64,000 bases of DNA from an uncultured Chloroflexia bacterium. GTDB taxonomy: Bacteria > Chloroflexota > Limnocylindria > Limnocylindrales > CSP1-4. Position numbers and translations under genes: made by a program. Location: contig CAVZFY010000007.1 of NCBI GenBank assembly GCA_963774695.1, positions 369,069 through 433,068 of the forward strand, given 5' to 3'. Positions 1 through 10,529 of the stretch are shown piece by piece. Below the pieces are notes generated by a model that was given only the letters and a program-made list of their open reading frames with translations, ran no database searches and was not told the origin of the DNA. Each line of letters opens with the position of its first letter. Positions within the stretch are counted from its first letter, which is position 1.

Positions 1-645
1 CACGACCTCGATCGCCGCGGCGGTGGCCGCCGAGCCGTCGTAGGCGGCCCCCACCTGGGCGCCGATCGTGTACGGCCCCTTGGGCCCCTGGACGATCGCC
101 GCGTCCACCGGCGCCCGATCGAGGGACGAGAGCGCGTCCTTCACGTTCGCCGCCAGCGCGGCCGGGTCGAGCTGGAGCGTCGGCTGGATGTCGTGTCCGG
201 TCAGGGCCAGCCGTACCTCGCCCAGGGCCCGTTCGGCGGTCGTGCCGTCGCGCCCGGTCTCGAGCGCCTCCTGGACCATCGCGTCGGTGTCGACGTGGCG
301 CCCGAACCGCGCGTACGGGACCGAGACGTCACCCGCGTCGGTCTCGACCACGACGCGGCCGGTGGTGACGGGGTCGTAGGCCTTCTCGAGTGCGGCCGTC
401 GCCTGGGCGCGGTCCATCCCGGCGAGGTTGATCCCGGCCGCGGTGACGCCCGGCAGGATTCGCGCCTCGTAGCTCCGGTCCCAGGTGATCAGCGCGCCCG
501 CGGCGATGCCGGCGACCGCGGCGAGGCCGATGGCGAAGCCGAAGACGAAGCCGACGAACAGCCGAAGCCGGCTCCGACGACGCGGGGCGACCGCCGACGA
601 CGGCGCGTCGGCCGGGGCGGTCAGGACTTCGTCGATGGCGGCCAT
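1..645 (-). CDS. Partial (C-terminus outside the window) membrane-anchored protein with PG_binding_4-like repeats, of VanW / L,D-transpeptidase-associated type
   Basis: Reverse translation from the ATG at 645 gives MAAIDEVLTAPADAP...RLRLFVGFVFGFAIGLAAVAGIAAGALI (N-terminal TM helix), then YEARILPGVTAAGINLAGMDRAQATAALEKAYDP, typical of the repeated putative peptidoglycan-binding module at the N-terminus of VanW-like proteins. The gene runs off the left edge. Confidence 0.4.
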   Translation of the reverse strand, partial: MAAIDEVLTAPADAPSSAVAPRRRSRLRLFVGFVFGFAIGLAAVAGIAAGALITWDRSYEARILPGVTAAGINLAGMDRAQATAALEKAYDPVTTGRVVVETDAGDVSVPYARFGRHVDTDAMVQEALETGRDGTTAERALGEVRLALTGHDIQPTLQLDPAALAANVKDALSSLDRAPVDAAIVQGPKGPYTIGAQVGAAYDGSAATAAAIEVV

Positions 646-752
646 GGCCCACGCATGATGCCGTATGAATCGCCCACCGACGACAGGTAATTTGGGGGGT
701 ATGTGGGCCATCCGGTGGGGTTGGGTATGGCTGATCGACGCTCGTAGGACCG

Positions 753-2237
753 TCAGGTCGCCGGGCGGCGCGGCGCCTCGAAGCTGATCATGTCCGCGAT
801 GCGCCGGAAGCCCATCGCCCCGTAGACGGGCACGCCCATCTCGCTCGACTGCAGGATCGCGGCCACGCAGCCCCATCGGGCGCCCGCGCCGATCGCCTCG
901 GCGGTGATCGCGCGGCCGATCCCCCGCCGCCGGTAGGCCTCGTCCGTGTGGACGCCGTAGATGCCGACGACCGGCCCCGAACGCACGGCGAAGGACGTCG
1001 CGACCAGCCGATCGCCGACGTAGCCGCTGATGAGCTGGACGTCGGGGTCGAGGGCGATCCCCGGCCCGATCGTGTGGCCCGCACGCTCGACGGCCTCCTC
1101 GGAGCCGGCGAAGGCGCGCAGCCACTCGCCATAGGTGACGACGTCGACCATCTCGACCCGCAGCTCGGGATGCCCCGGCGCCGGCAGGACGGGTGTGAGC
1201 GCCATGACCGGCGAGGTCCAGGGATCGCGCCGAAGGCCAAGCGACTCGAGGGCCGTCGCGAGCGCCGGGTCCGGTTCCGATGGCCCGAGGTGGACCGAGC
1301 CCGGCAGGCCGAGCCCGTCGATCCACGCGAGGGCCGCGAGGACGTCGTCCGGCTCCGTCCCCGGGATGCCGGCGACGACCGCGTTCCAGAAGCCGATGAA
1401 CGGATGCCCGCTGGCGACCGCGATCGCCCGCCCGAAGCGCCGCGAGGCGCCGGAGACCGGCCACGTCGCGTAGCGCGCGACCGCCTCGTACGCGGACACC
1501 ACGTTCGTGACGGCGGCGTCGATCAGCGCTCGGTCGTCCACGCGCTGACTGTAGCCGTTGCGAACGGCGGTCAGTCCGCCGCGATGCGGATCCCGACGTG
1601 GGCCGCGAGCAGCGGGGCGAGGTCGATCAGCTGGTCCGGCGCTCAGCGTCGCGCCCTGGAGGCCCGTGACGCTGCCGATCGTGTGCAGGCTCGCCCTCGA
1701 CAGGTCGACGTCGGCCAGCCGCGCCCCCGAGAGGCCGAGCACGCCGATGTCGCAGCCGGGAAACCGCACGAAGCGCAGGTCCGCCTCGCCCAGCTCGAGC
1801 TCGCCGATCACGCAGTCCTCGAGCACCGTGTTCGACACCTTCGCGCCGCTCAGGTCGAGGAAGTCGAGCTTGATCCCGCGCAGGCGGACGCCGCTCCACG
1901 CCGCCGAGGAGGCCGTCAACGCCCCGAGGCGCCCGCCGCTGAGGATCGAGTCGCGCCATGTCCCCTCGGCGGCGTTGACGCTCGTGGCGTCGTTGTCCGC
2001 GAGGAGCGTGTCGGTGATCCGCGCGTGCCGCAGGTCGAGATCGTCGAGCCGGCAGCGCTCGATCCGGCAGCCCATGAACGCCGCCGACCTCGCGTCCTGC
2101 CCGGCGAGGTCCCGCTCAGAGAGGTCGAGGGCCTCGTAGTCGCCGTGCGGCTCGAGCGCGGCATCCGACCAGGCCGTCAGCGTCGGCGTGACGATCCGCT
2201 CGGGCGGCTCGCGCCGCGTGGTTCCGGTACCGGCCAT
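753..2237 (-). CDS. Pentapeptide-repeat protein fused to, or frameshift-joined with, a two-domain GNAT N-acetyltransferase
   Basis: N-terminal half is full of A(D/N)LxG-type pentapeptide repeats (DLSERDLAGQDARSAAFMGCRIERCRLDDLDLRHARITDTLLADNDAT...). C-terminal half has the GNAT signature (HTDEAYRRRGIGRAITAEAI...MGFRRI). The junction is Arg/Pro-rich low complexity (ADRPRPAARGPRRDPH), so a frameshift or fusion is possible there. Confidence 0.6.
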   Translation of the reverse strand: MAGTGTTRREPPERIVTPTLTAWSDAALEPHGDYEALDLSERDLAGQDARSAAFMGCRIERCRLDDLDLRHARITDTLLADNDATSVNAAEGTWRDSILSGGRLGALTASSAAWSGVRLRGIKLDFLDLSGAKVSNTVLEDCVIGELELGEADLRFVRFPGCDIGVLGLSGARLADVDLSRASLHTIGSVTGLQGATLSAGPADRPRPAARGPRRDPHRGGLTAVRNGYSQRVDDRALIDAAVTNVVSAYEAVARYATWPVSGASRRFGRAIAVASGHPFIGFWNAVVAGIPGTEPDDVLAALAWIDGLGLPGSVHLGPSEPDPALATALESLGLRRDPWTSPVMALTPVLPAPGHPELRVEMVDVVTYGEWLRAFAGSEEAVERAGHTIGPGIALDPDVQLISGYVGDRLVATSFAVRSGPVVGIYGVHTDEAYRRRGIGRAITAEAIGAGARWGCVAAILQSSEMGVPVYGAMGFRRIADMISFEAPRRPAT

Positions 2238-2263
2238 CAGCGAAGACTAGCCTCGCTGCCACG

Positions 2264-5200
2264 TCAGCGGCCGGGTGACCGCCGGCGGTCGATGACGATG
2301 GCCGCGCCGAGCGCGCTCACCACGAGGAGGACGATCAGGCCACCCAGCTGGAGGAACCCGGTGGACACCCGGCCCAGCGGCGTGCCCAGGGTGTCCGTGT
2401 CGGTCGGCGGCGCGCTGCTCGCGACCGTGATCGTCAGCGTCGTGTCCGAGCACAGCTGCTGGTCGTTCGGGCTGCAGATCCGGTAGACGACCTCGTCCGT
2501 GCCGGCGAAGCCGGGATCGGGCGTGTAGATGATCGATCCGATGCGCGCCGTCCCATGCGAAGGACCCGAGACGATGATCGGGGCACCGGCGTCGCCGATG
2601 TCGTTGGCCTGGACGTCGACCTCGACGGTCTGGCCCTCGCTCGTCACCTGGGCATCGGGCACCGCGACCGGGAACACCGAGACGGTCACCGTGCCGGTGT
2701 CGCACGCGGACAGGATGGCGTCATCGCAGCCCTGGATCGTGAACGTGTCCTGGCCCGTGTAGGTACCCGTCGGCTGGTAGGTGAACGATCCGTCCTGGGC
2801 GACGGTCGCGGTCCCGTGGGTGGGCGCAGCGGAGATCGTCAGCGTGACGGTCTGGCCGGTGTCCGGATCGGTGACGGTGACGGCCCCGGTGACCGCGACC
2901 GTCGCATCGGTCGAGACCGCGGCGTCGCCGATGACCGGCGGCGTGTTGCCGACGGTGAACGTCCCGGGCACGTAGGTGATCGCGTAGTTGGCGAGCCCGG
3001 TCCCGACGGCGGCCGAGATGGTGATCGAGTAGGTCCCCGGTGCGGCCAGCGTGGCGGCGCCCGGGCTGGTGATCGTCGCCGAGTCGACGGTGTCGCCGTT
3101 CACGAGGCCCGCCGTGGTGAACTCGGTCCCCGTGAAGGTGAACGCGACGCCGAAGGCCTTGGACTGGTCGTCGGCCGTGATCGTGAGGTCGGCGGGGTTG
3201 ACCGTCAGCGTGCCGTCGACGTACGTGATCGCGTAGTTCGCCAGGCCCGTGCCCACGGCAGCCGACGCCGTGATCGCGTACGGGCTCAGGGCGACGGTGG
3301 CGGTCGCCGGAGCGCCCGCGCTGGTGAGGGTGACGCTGTCGACGGCGTCCGCGCCGAGGAGGCCGGTCGTCGTGAACTCGGTGCCGGCGAAGGTCACGGT
3401 GTCGCCGTAGGTCTTCGTCGCATCGTCGGCCGTGATCGTGAGCGTCGCGGCGAGGATCTCGTTGTCGACGGTGCCGGCCGCGTCGTTGTAGTTGCCGTTC
3501 GGGTCCGTGAACGTCCAGGCGTCGGTGGTGGCGCCGACGGCGGTGTGGGTCGTCGCCGACAGGTCCAGATCGGCGGTCAGGTCCTCGCCGAGCGCGCCCG
3601 TCGCCGTTCCGGTGGCGGTGTGCGGCAGGGCGTCGTACGTCACCGAGTAGCCGGTGACCACGATGACGGCGTCCGCCTTGCCGATGGTCAGCGTCCCGTT
3701 GACGTACGTGATCGTGTAGTTGTCGAGGCCGGTCCCGACGGCGGCCGACGGGATGATCTGGTACGGGCTCAGGGCCACCGAGGCCGCGGCGGGCGCACCC
3801 GCGCTGCTGAGGGTGACGCTGTCGACGGTGTCCGCGTTGAGGAGGCCCGCCGCGACGAACTCGGTGCCCGCGAACGTCAGCGTGTCGCCGAACGTCTTCG
3901 TCGCGTCGTTCGCGGTGATCGTGAGCGGGGCCGGCTCCACGAACAACAGGCCGTCGACGTAGGTGATGACGTAGTTGTCGAGGCCGGTGCCGACCGCGGC
4001 GGACGGCGTGAGCGGGTACGGGCTACCGGAGACCGGGGCCGTGGCAACGGCGCCGGTGCTGAAGAGCGTGACGCTGTCGACGGTGTCCCCGTTGAGCAGG
4101 CCGAAGGCCTGGAACTCCGTCGGATCGAAGCCGACGGCCTGGCCATACGTCTTGACGGCGTCGTTGGCGGCGATCGTGAGGACGGCCTGGCTCACCGTGA
4201 GCTGGCCGTCGGCGTAGGTGATGGCGTAGTTGCGCGAGCCCGGTGCCGACCGCGGCGGATGCCACGATCGCGTACGGGCTACCGGCCACCGTGGCCGTCG
4301 CGGCGGCGCCGGCGCTCGAAAGGGTCACGCTGGTGACGGCGTCGGCGTTCTGGAGCCCGATGGTCGTGAACTCCGTGCCCGCGAAGGTCACGGTCTGGCC
4401 GTAGGTCTTGGTCGCGTCGTCGGCGGTGATCGTGAGCGGCGCCAGGTCGACGGTCAGAGTGCCGTTCACGTAGCTGATCGTGTAGTTCGCGAGCCCGGTG
4501 CCGACGGCATTCGACGGCGCGATCGGATACGGGCTGCCGGCGACCGTGGCCGTCGCCGCCGCGCCGGCGCTGGCGAGCGTCACGCTGCTGACGGCGTCGG
4601 CGTTCTGGAGGCCGCTCGTCGTGAACTCGGTGCCGGCGAAGACGACCGCCTGGCCGTAGGTCTTGGTCCGGTCGTCGGCGGTGATCGTCAGGGCGGCCGG
4701 GCCGACCGTGAGCGTCCCGTTCGTGTAGCTGATCGCGTAGTTGGCGAGTCCGGTCCCGATCGCCGCAGACGGCGTGATCGGGTACGGGCTGCCGGCGACC
4801 GTCGCCGTCGCGGCGGCCCCCGGGCTCGCGAGCGTGACGCTCGTCACGCTGTCCCCGTTGAGCAGGCCGCTCGGTCGTGAACTCGGTGCCGCGCGAAGAC
4901 GACCGCCTGGCCGTAGGCCTTCGTCCGATCCGTGGCCGTGACCGACAGGCGGCGCCGTGTTGACGGTGAGGCTGCCGTTCACGTAGCTGATCGCGTAGTT
5001 CGCGAGACCGGTGCCGATGGCGTTCGAGGGCGTGATCGGGTACGGGCTGCCGGCGACCGTGGCCGTCGCTGCCGCGCCGGCGCTCGTGAGCGTGACGCTC
5101 GTGACCGTGTCGGTGCCGAGCAGGCCGCTCGTCGTGAACTCGGTGCCGGCGAACGTGACCGTCTGGCCGTACACCTTCGTCCGGCTGTTGGCGGTCACGG

Positions 5201-8200
5201 TCAGGGCGGCGGGCGTGATCTGGAACGACGCGCTCGCGGTGCCGGTCAGGCCGGTCGCGGTCGCATTGAGGGTGTACGTCCCGACCTGGTTCACGGTCAG
5301 GTTGTTGAACGTGGCGACCCCGGCGACGGCGGCATGGGTCAGCGTCCCGCCGAGCGTCGGGCCGGCCGGGGCGAGCGTCAGGGTGATCGACGCGGTGCTC
5401 TCGGTGACGACCAGGCCGTTGTCGTCGAGCACGGCGACGGTCACGGCCGGCGTGATCGTCGCGCGGTAGACGGTGTCGGTCGGCTGCTGGACGAACCCGA
5501 GGTGCGTGGCGCGATTCCACGTGACGCTGTTGTCGGTCGAGGTCGAGGCGGTGTTGTTGTTGCCCGCGAGGTCCGTGGCCCGTCCCGCCGGGATCGTGGC
5601 GGTCACGGTCCCGGAGACCGTCATGCCGGTGACGGCGACGAGATAGGTCGTCGGGCCACCCGTCACGGTCCCGGTCTTCGTTCCGCCCGAGGTCCCGGCG
5701 ACCGTGACGTCACCCGTGGCGAACCCGGTGACCTGCTCGCTGAACGTGGCGGTGAAGTTGATGGGGCTCGCGTTCGTGGGATCGGGCTGGCCGACCGCCT
5801 GGTTGATCGTGACCGTGGGGGCCGTCCGATCGATCGTGACCGTCGGTCCGTCGGTCTGGGCGTTCTGGTTGCCCGCCGCGTCCGCGACGGCGTTGGTCCG
5901 GACGCGGACGATCACGGTGCCGGCGGAGCAGCCGGTGGCCGTCACGGTGTAGGCGGCGCCGGATCCGGTGATGGAGCCGAAGTTGCAGCCCGTCGACGGT
6001 CCCGACGTTGGAGAAGTCGGCCGTTCGGTCAGCCCGGTCACGGACTCGCTGAAGGTGATGTCGAAGACGAGCGTCGTGGCGTTGGTCAGGTTGTCCGTGT
6101 TCGACGCACCGGTGTCGGAGGCCGCCTGCAGGTCGATGGTCGACCGTCGGCGCCACGTTGTCCCACGTGACCGTGTTGTCGGTCGAGGTCGAGGCGGCGT
6201 TGCGGGTTGCCGGCGGGGTCGGTGGCCACGCCCGCGGCGATCGTCGCGACGACCGTGCCCGGGCCGGTCATGCCGGTGACGGCGACGTTGTAGGTCGTGG
6301 GTCCGCCGGTGACGGTGCCGGTCAGGGTGCCGCCCGCGGTGCCGCCCAGGGTCACGTCGCCCGTCGCGAAGCCCGTGACGGCCTCGCTGAACACGACCGT
6401 GAAGTTGATGGTGGCGCCGTTCGTCGGGATCCGCCTGGCCGGCCGCCTGGTTGATCGTGACGGTCGGGGCGACGTTGTCCCAGGTGACCGAGTTGTCGGT
6501 CGATGTCGAGGCGGCGTTGTTGTTGCCCGCGAGGTCGGTCGCGACAGCGGCAGGGATCGTGGCGATCGACGGTGCCCGAGCCGGTCATGCCGGTGACGGC
6601 GACGTTGTAGATCGTCGGGCCGCCGGTGACGGTGCCGGTCAGCGTGCCGCCCGCGGTGCTGCCGGTGAACGTGACGTCGCCCGTGGCGAAGCCGGTCACC
6701 GCTTCGCTGAACGTGACCGTGAAGTTGATCGTGGCCGCGTTGGTGGGGTCGGCCTGGCCGGCGGCCTGGTTGATGGTGACCGTCGGCGGCACGTTGTCGA
6801 AGGTGACGCTGTTGTCGGTCGAGGTCGACGCGGCGTTGCCGTTGCCGGCGGTGTCGGTCGCGACGCCCGCGGCGATCGACGGCGATCGACCGTCCCGGAC
6901 GCCGGTCATGCCCGTGACCGCGACGTTGTACGTGGTCCCCGAGCCCGTCACGGTGCCGGTCTTCGCCCCGCCCGCCGTGCTCCCGGTGAACGTGACGTCA
7001 CCCGTGGCGAAGCCCGTGACGGACTTGCTGAACACGACCGTGAAGTTGATCGGGCTCGTCTTGGTCGGATCGGCCTGGAGCGCCGCCTGGTTGATCGTGA
7101 CGGTCGGCGGCACGTTGTCCCACGCGACCGTGTTGTCGGTCGAGGTCGAGGCCAGGTTGTCGTTGCCGGCGGTGTCCTTGGCCACGCCCGCGGCGATGGT
7201 CGCGGTGACCGTGCCGGGCGTGGTCATGCCCGGTGACGGCGACGTTGTAGGTCGTCCCGGAGCCCGTCACGGTGCCGGTCAAGGTGCCGCCCGCGGTGCC
7301 GCCGAGCGTGACGTCGCCCGTGGTGAAGCCGACCGCGATCGAGCTGAACACCACCGTGAAGTTGATCGGGCTGGTACCGGTCGGATCGGCCTGGCCAACG
7401 GCCTGGTCGATCGTGACCGTCGGCGGGACGACGTCCCACGTGACCGCGTTGTCGGTGAACGTCGACGCAACGTTGAGGTTGCCGACCGCGTCGATGGCGA
7501 CGCCGGCGGGATGGTCGCGGTGACCGTGCCCGAGATCGTCATGCCCGTGACCGCGACGTTGTAGGTCGTGCCCGAGCCCGTGACCGTGCCGACCTTCAGT
7601 CCGCCCGCGGTCCCACCGAAGGTGACGTCGCCGGTCGCGAAGCCGGTGACGGCCTCGCTGAACACGACGGTGAAGTTGATCGGGCTCGTGTTCGTCGGAT
7701 CCGGCTGGGCCGCCGCCTGGTTGATCGTGACCGTCGGGGCCACGTTGTCGAAGTTGACCGTGTTGTCCGTCGAGGTCGAGGCGGCGTTGCCGTTGCCGGC
7801 GGTGTCGTTGGCGACGCCAGCGGCGATCGACGCGACGACCGTCCCGGCGCCGGTCATGCCCGTCACCGCGACGTTGTACGTCGTCCCCGAGCCCGTCACC
7901 GTACCGACCTTCGCCCCGCCTGCCGTGCCGGTGATCGTCACGTCGCCCGTGGCGAAGCCCGTGACGGACTTGCTGAACACGACGGTGTAGTTGATCGGGC
8001 TGCCGTTGGTCGGGATCGGCCTGACCCGCGGCCTGGTTGATCGTGACCGTCGGCGGCACGTTGTCCCAGCTGACGGTGTTGTCCGTCGAGGTGGAAGCCA
8101 GGTTCGCGTTTCCGGCACGGTCGGTGGCCACGCCCAGCGGCGACGGTCGCGGTGACCGTGCCGGGCGTGGTCATCCCGGTGACGGCGACGTTGTACGTGG

Positions 8201-10229
8201 TCCCGGTTCCCGTGACGGTCCCCGTCAGCGTGCCGCCGGCGGTGCCGCCGAGCGTCACGTCGCCGGTCGCGAAGCCGGTGGCGTCCTCGCTGAACACGAC
8301 CGTGAAGTTGATCGGGCTGGTGCCCGTCGGGTCGGGCTGGGCCGCTGCCTGGTTGATGGTGACGGTCGGGGGCGTGTTGTCGACCACGATCGCGCTCGGC
8401 CGCGTGAACAGCCCGCTTTGCCCCGCGAAACACGGGTCGACGTTGTACGCGTACAGGTACAGGTTGTACGTCCCGGGCAACGCCGGGGCGGTGATCGAGA
8501 AGTTTTCAGTGAACGTGCCGGGCCCGGTGTGATTCCCGTGGTCGACGCAGGTCATCGGGGTGGCCGGCGGAGGCGTCGTCGAGATGGCCCAGCTCGACGA
8601 ATCCCAGTCGCGCGCGATGATCGTGCCAGTGGTCGTCACGCTCATCACGACCGCGATCGAGGCGCCGGGCTGGACGCGGATCGTGCCCGTCGACCCGTTC
8701 AGGGTCGTGGTGGCGTTGTTCACGGACGCGGCGGCCGCGACGTACGGGCCTACGAACGGTCCGCCATCGCCGGTCGGGGCGGCACCGGCGGGCTTGACCG
8801 GCGCCGAGCCGCGATCGCCGACGGCCTGCGCCAGGTCCAGGCGGCCGTTGCCGGTCTCGTCGCGCCTCCCGACGGCGGCCGCCGAACGGGCGAGCCGTCC
8901 GACGATGGCGCCGTTGGATGCGCCGGGATCAAGGGCGCGCAGCAGGGCGGCCGCACCGGCCACCTCGGCCGAGGAGGCGGAGGTGCCGGTCACGGTCGTC
9001 GTGCCGCCGCCCGCCTGCAGGGTGACGATGCCGGTCCCGGGTGCGGCGAGGAACGTATCGGCGCCGTGATTCGATCCGGGGTTGAGCTCGTCGGAGCGGT
9101 TCGTGTTCGAGACGCCGATGACGCCGGCATCGCCGGCCGGATAGGTCGCGGCCGACGAGCCGTCGTTGCCCGTCGCCGCGACGACCACGACGTCGTGGTC
9201 CCACGCGTAGTCGATGGCGGCCTGCAGCGCGGTGCTGAAGCCCGGGTTGCTGAACGAGAGGTTGATGACGTCCGCGCCGTGATCGACGGCCCAGACGATG
9301 CCTTCGATGATGTCGCTGTCCTGGCCGAGGCCGTCCGCGTCGAGCACGGTCACCGGCATCACCTTGACGCCGGCGAAGCCGATGCCCGCGATCCCGATGC
9401 CATTGCCCGTCCGGGCAGCGATGATCCCGGCCATGGCCGTGCCGTGGCCATTGGGATCGCTCGTCGCCGCTGTCCCGGGGATGAGGCTGGTGCCCGGCAC
9501 GAGCCGCCCAGCGAGGTCCGCATGCGAGGCGTCGACGCCGGTGTCCAGCACGGCGACGACCGCCGAGCCGCCGGGATCGACGGCGCCGTAGACGTCGTTC
9601 CAGCCGATGCGCCGCAGCGACCACTGGCCGCCGTAGCCGGGGTCGTCGGGCGTCGCCTCCGCCTCGCGGACGCGATCGCGCTCGACGTGCAGCACGTCCG
9701 ACCGGGCACGGAGCCCGTCGACGATGCCCGAGCCGGCCGGCACGCGGATGACGGCCATGCGCAGCGCGGCGACCGAGTCGACGGTCGTCGCGCCGGCCGC
9801 GGCCAGGATGTCCGATCGCTCGGCGGCGTTCGTGCCGGGCGCGAAGGTCACGACGTAGTCGTTGGTCGCGACGGGCTCGGTCGACGGGGCGGACGGCTCG
9901 GGGGTGGCCGCCGGGGTCGCCGAGGGCGCTTCGGCGGGTGACGGGTCGGCGCTCGCGCCGGGATCCGCGGACGGAGCCGGGTCGGCCGTCGGCGCGGCGG
10001 TTGGCGCTTCGGTCGGCGACGGGGTCGGTTCGGCGGTGGCCGTCGGTTCAGGATCGGCCGGAGGCGTCGCCCCCGCGGGGGCCGGGTCCGGCGTCGCGGC
10101 CGGTGCCGGGGTCGCGCTCGGCTGCGACTGGGAACCCTGACCGGGGTCGGCGGCGAGCGCCGAGACCGGGGCGAGCAACGACCCCGCGATGAGGACCGCC
10201 TGGAAGGCGGCCATGAGCCGATACCGCAT
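2264..10229 (-). CDS. Giant (~2650 aa) secreted surface protein: signal peptide, Pro/Ala linker, I9-like propeptide + S8 subtilisin-like serine peptidase, ~9 Ig-like repeats, Ig-like spacer, ~9 MBG repeats, 2 cadherin/VCBS-like domains, C-terminal TM anchor. Reading frame is broken at least 6 times.
   Basis: ATG at 10229 gives MRYRLMAAFQAVLIAGSLLAPVSALA (signal peptide). S8 triad motifs are present: VLDTGVD, HGTAMAGII, GTSASSAEVAG. Then PTVTINQAAGQADPTNASPINFTVTFSEAVTGFATGDVT...YNVAVTGMTG...AGN.N.ASTSTDN repeats with ~300-nt period, and LTITADDATKTYGDTVTFAGTEFTTTGLLGADAVDSVTL...SPYAITASAAVGTGLANYAITYVDGTLTV (MBG domain) repeats with ~255-nt period. The C-terminus is LGRVSTGFLQLGGLIVLLVVSALGAAIVIDRRRSPGR. 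The six-frame ORFs 7938-10250, 7279-8433, 6998-8131, 6352-7227, 6086-6394, 4023-6041 and 2264-4195 all join into this one gene by single-nt shifts. Compensating indels are visible, e.g. at 4861-4900. Confidence 0.75.
2935..5200 (-). repeat. Tandem array of ~9 MBG-domain coding repeats (~255 nt period), with one YDG-like spacer, inside the giant gene
   Basis: The unit LTITADD.TKTYGQ.VTFAGTEFTT.GL.N.D.V.SVTL.SAGAAATATVAGSPY.I.PS.A.GTGLANY.ISYVNGTLTV is repeated. Confidence 0.7.
5516..8240 (-). repeat. Tandem array of ~9 in-frame Ig-like domain coding repeats (~300 nt period) inside the giant gene
   Basis: The unit TVTINQA.GQADPT..SPINFTV.FSE.VTGFATGDVT..G..GG...GTVTG...TYNVAVTGMT..GTV.A.I.AGVA.D.AGN.N.ASTSTDN.V.WD recurs head-to-tail. 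Confidence 0.7.
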
Positions 10230-10529
10230 GGGTCGAGTCGCGTGTGTCAAGACAATTCCTCGGTGCCGTTACGGCCGGTTGCGAGCCGTGCGCATGGTGC
10301 GCCCCCCGGCGGACCGGTGACAACTGACACCACCCTATCGGGACGGCGCGCGCCGAGTCACCCCATCGGTCGCTCGTCCCACCCTATGCCAATGACCCGA
10401 CGACAGGGTCGTGCCTATGGTCATGGATGGGTCCCGGACGATGGTCGCAGGGACACCCGAGCGCACCGGACCACGCCGCACCACCCCGGCGACGCGCGGC
10501 GCGACCCCCGGGTCGGCCGCGGCTGGCCC

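Noticed and set aside
2264-8433. Regular tandem repeats of ~255 nt and ~300 nt that might suggest a CRISPR or satellite array
   Set aside because: The periods are far too long for CRISPR. The units have no spacer/repeat alternation. They translate in-frame into MBG and Ig-like protein domains within one giant gene.
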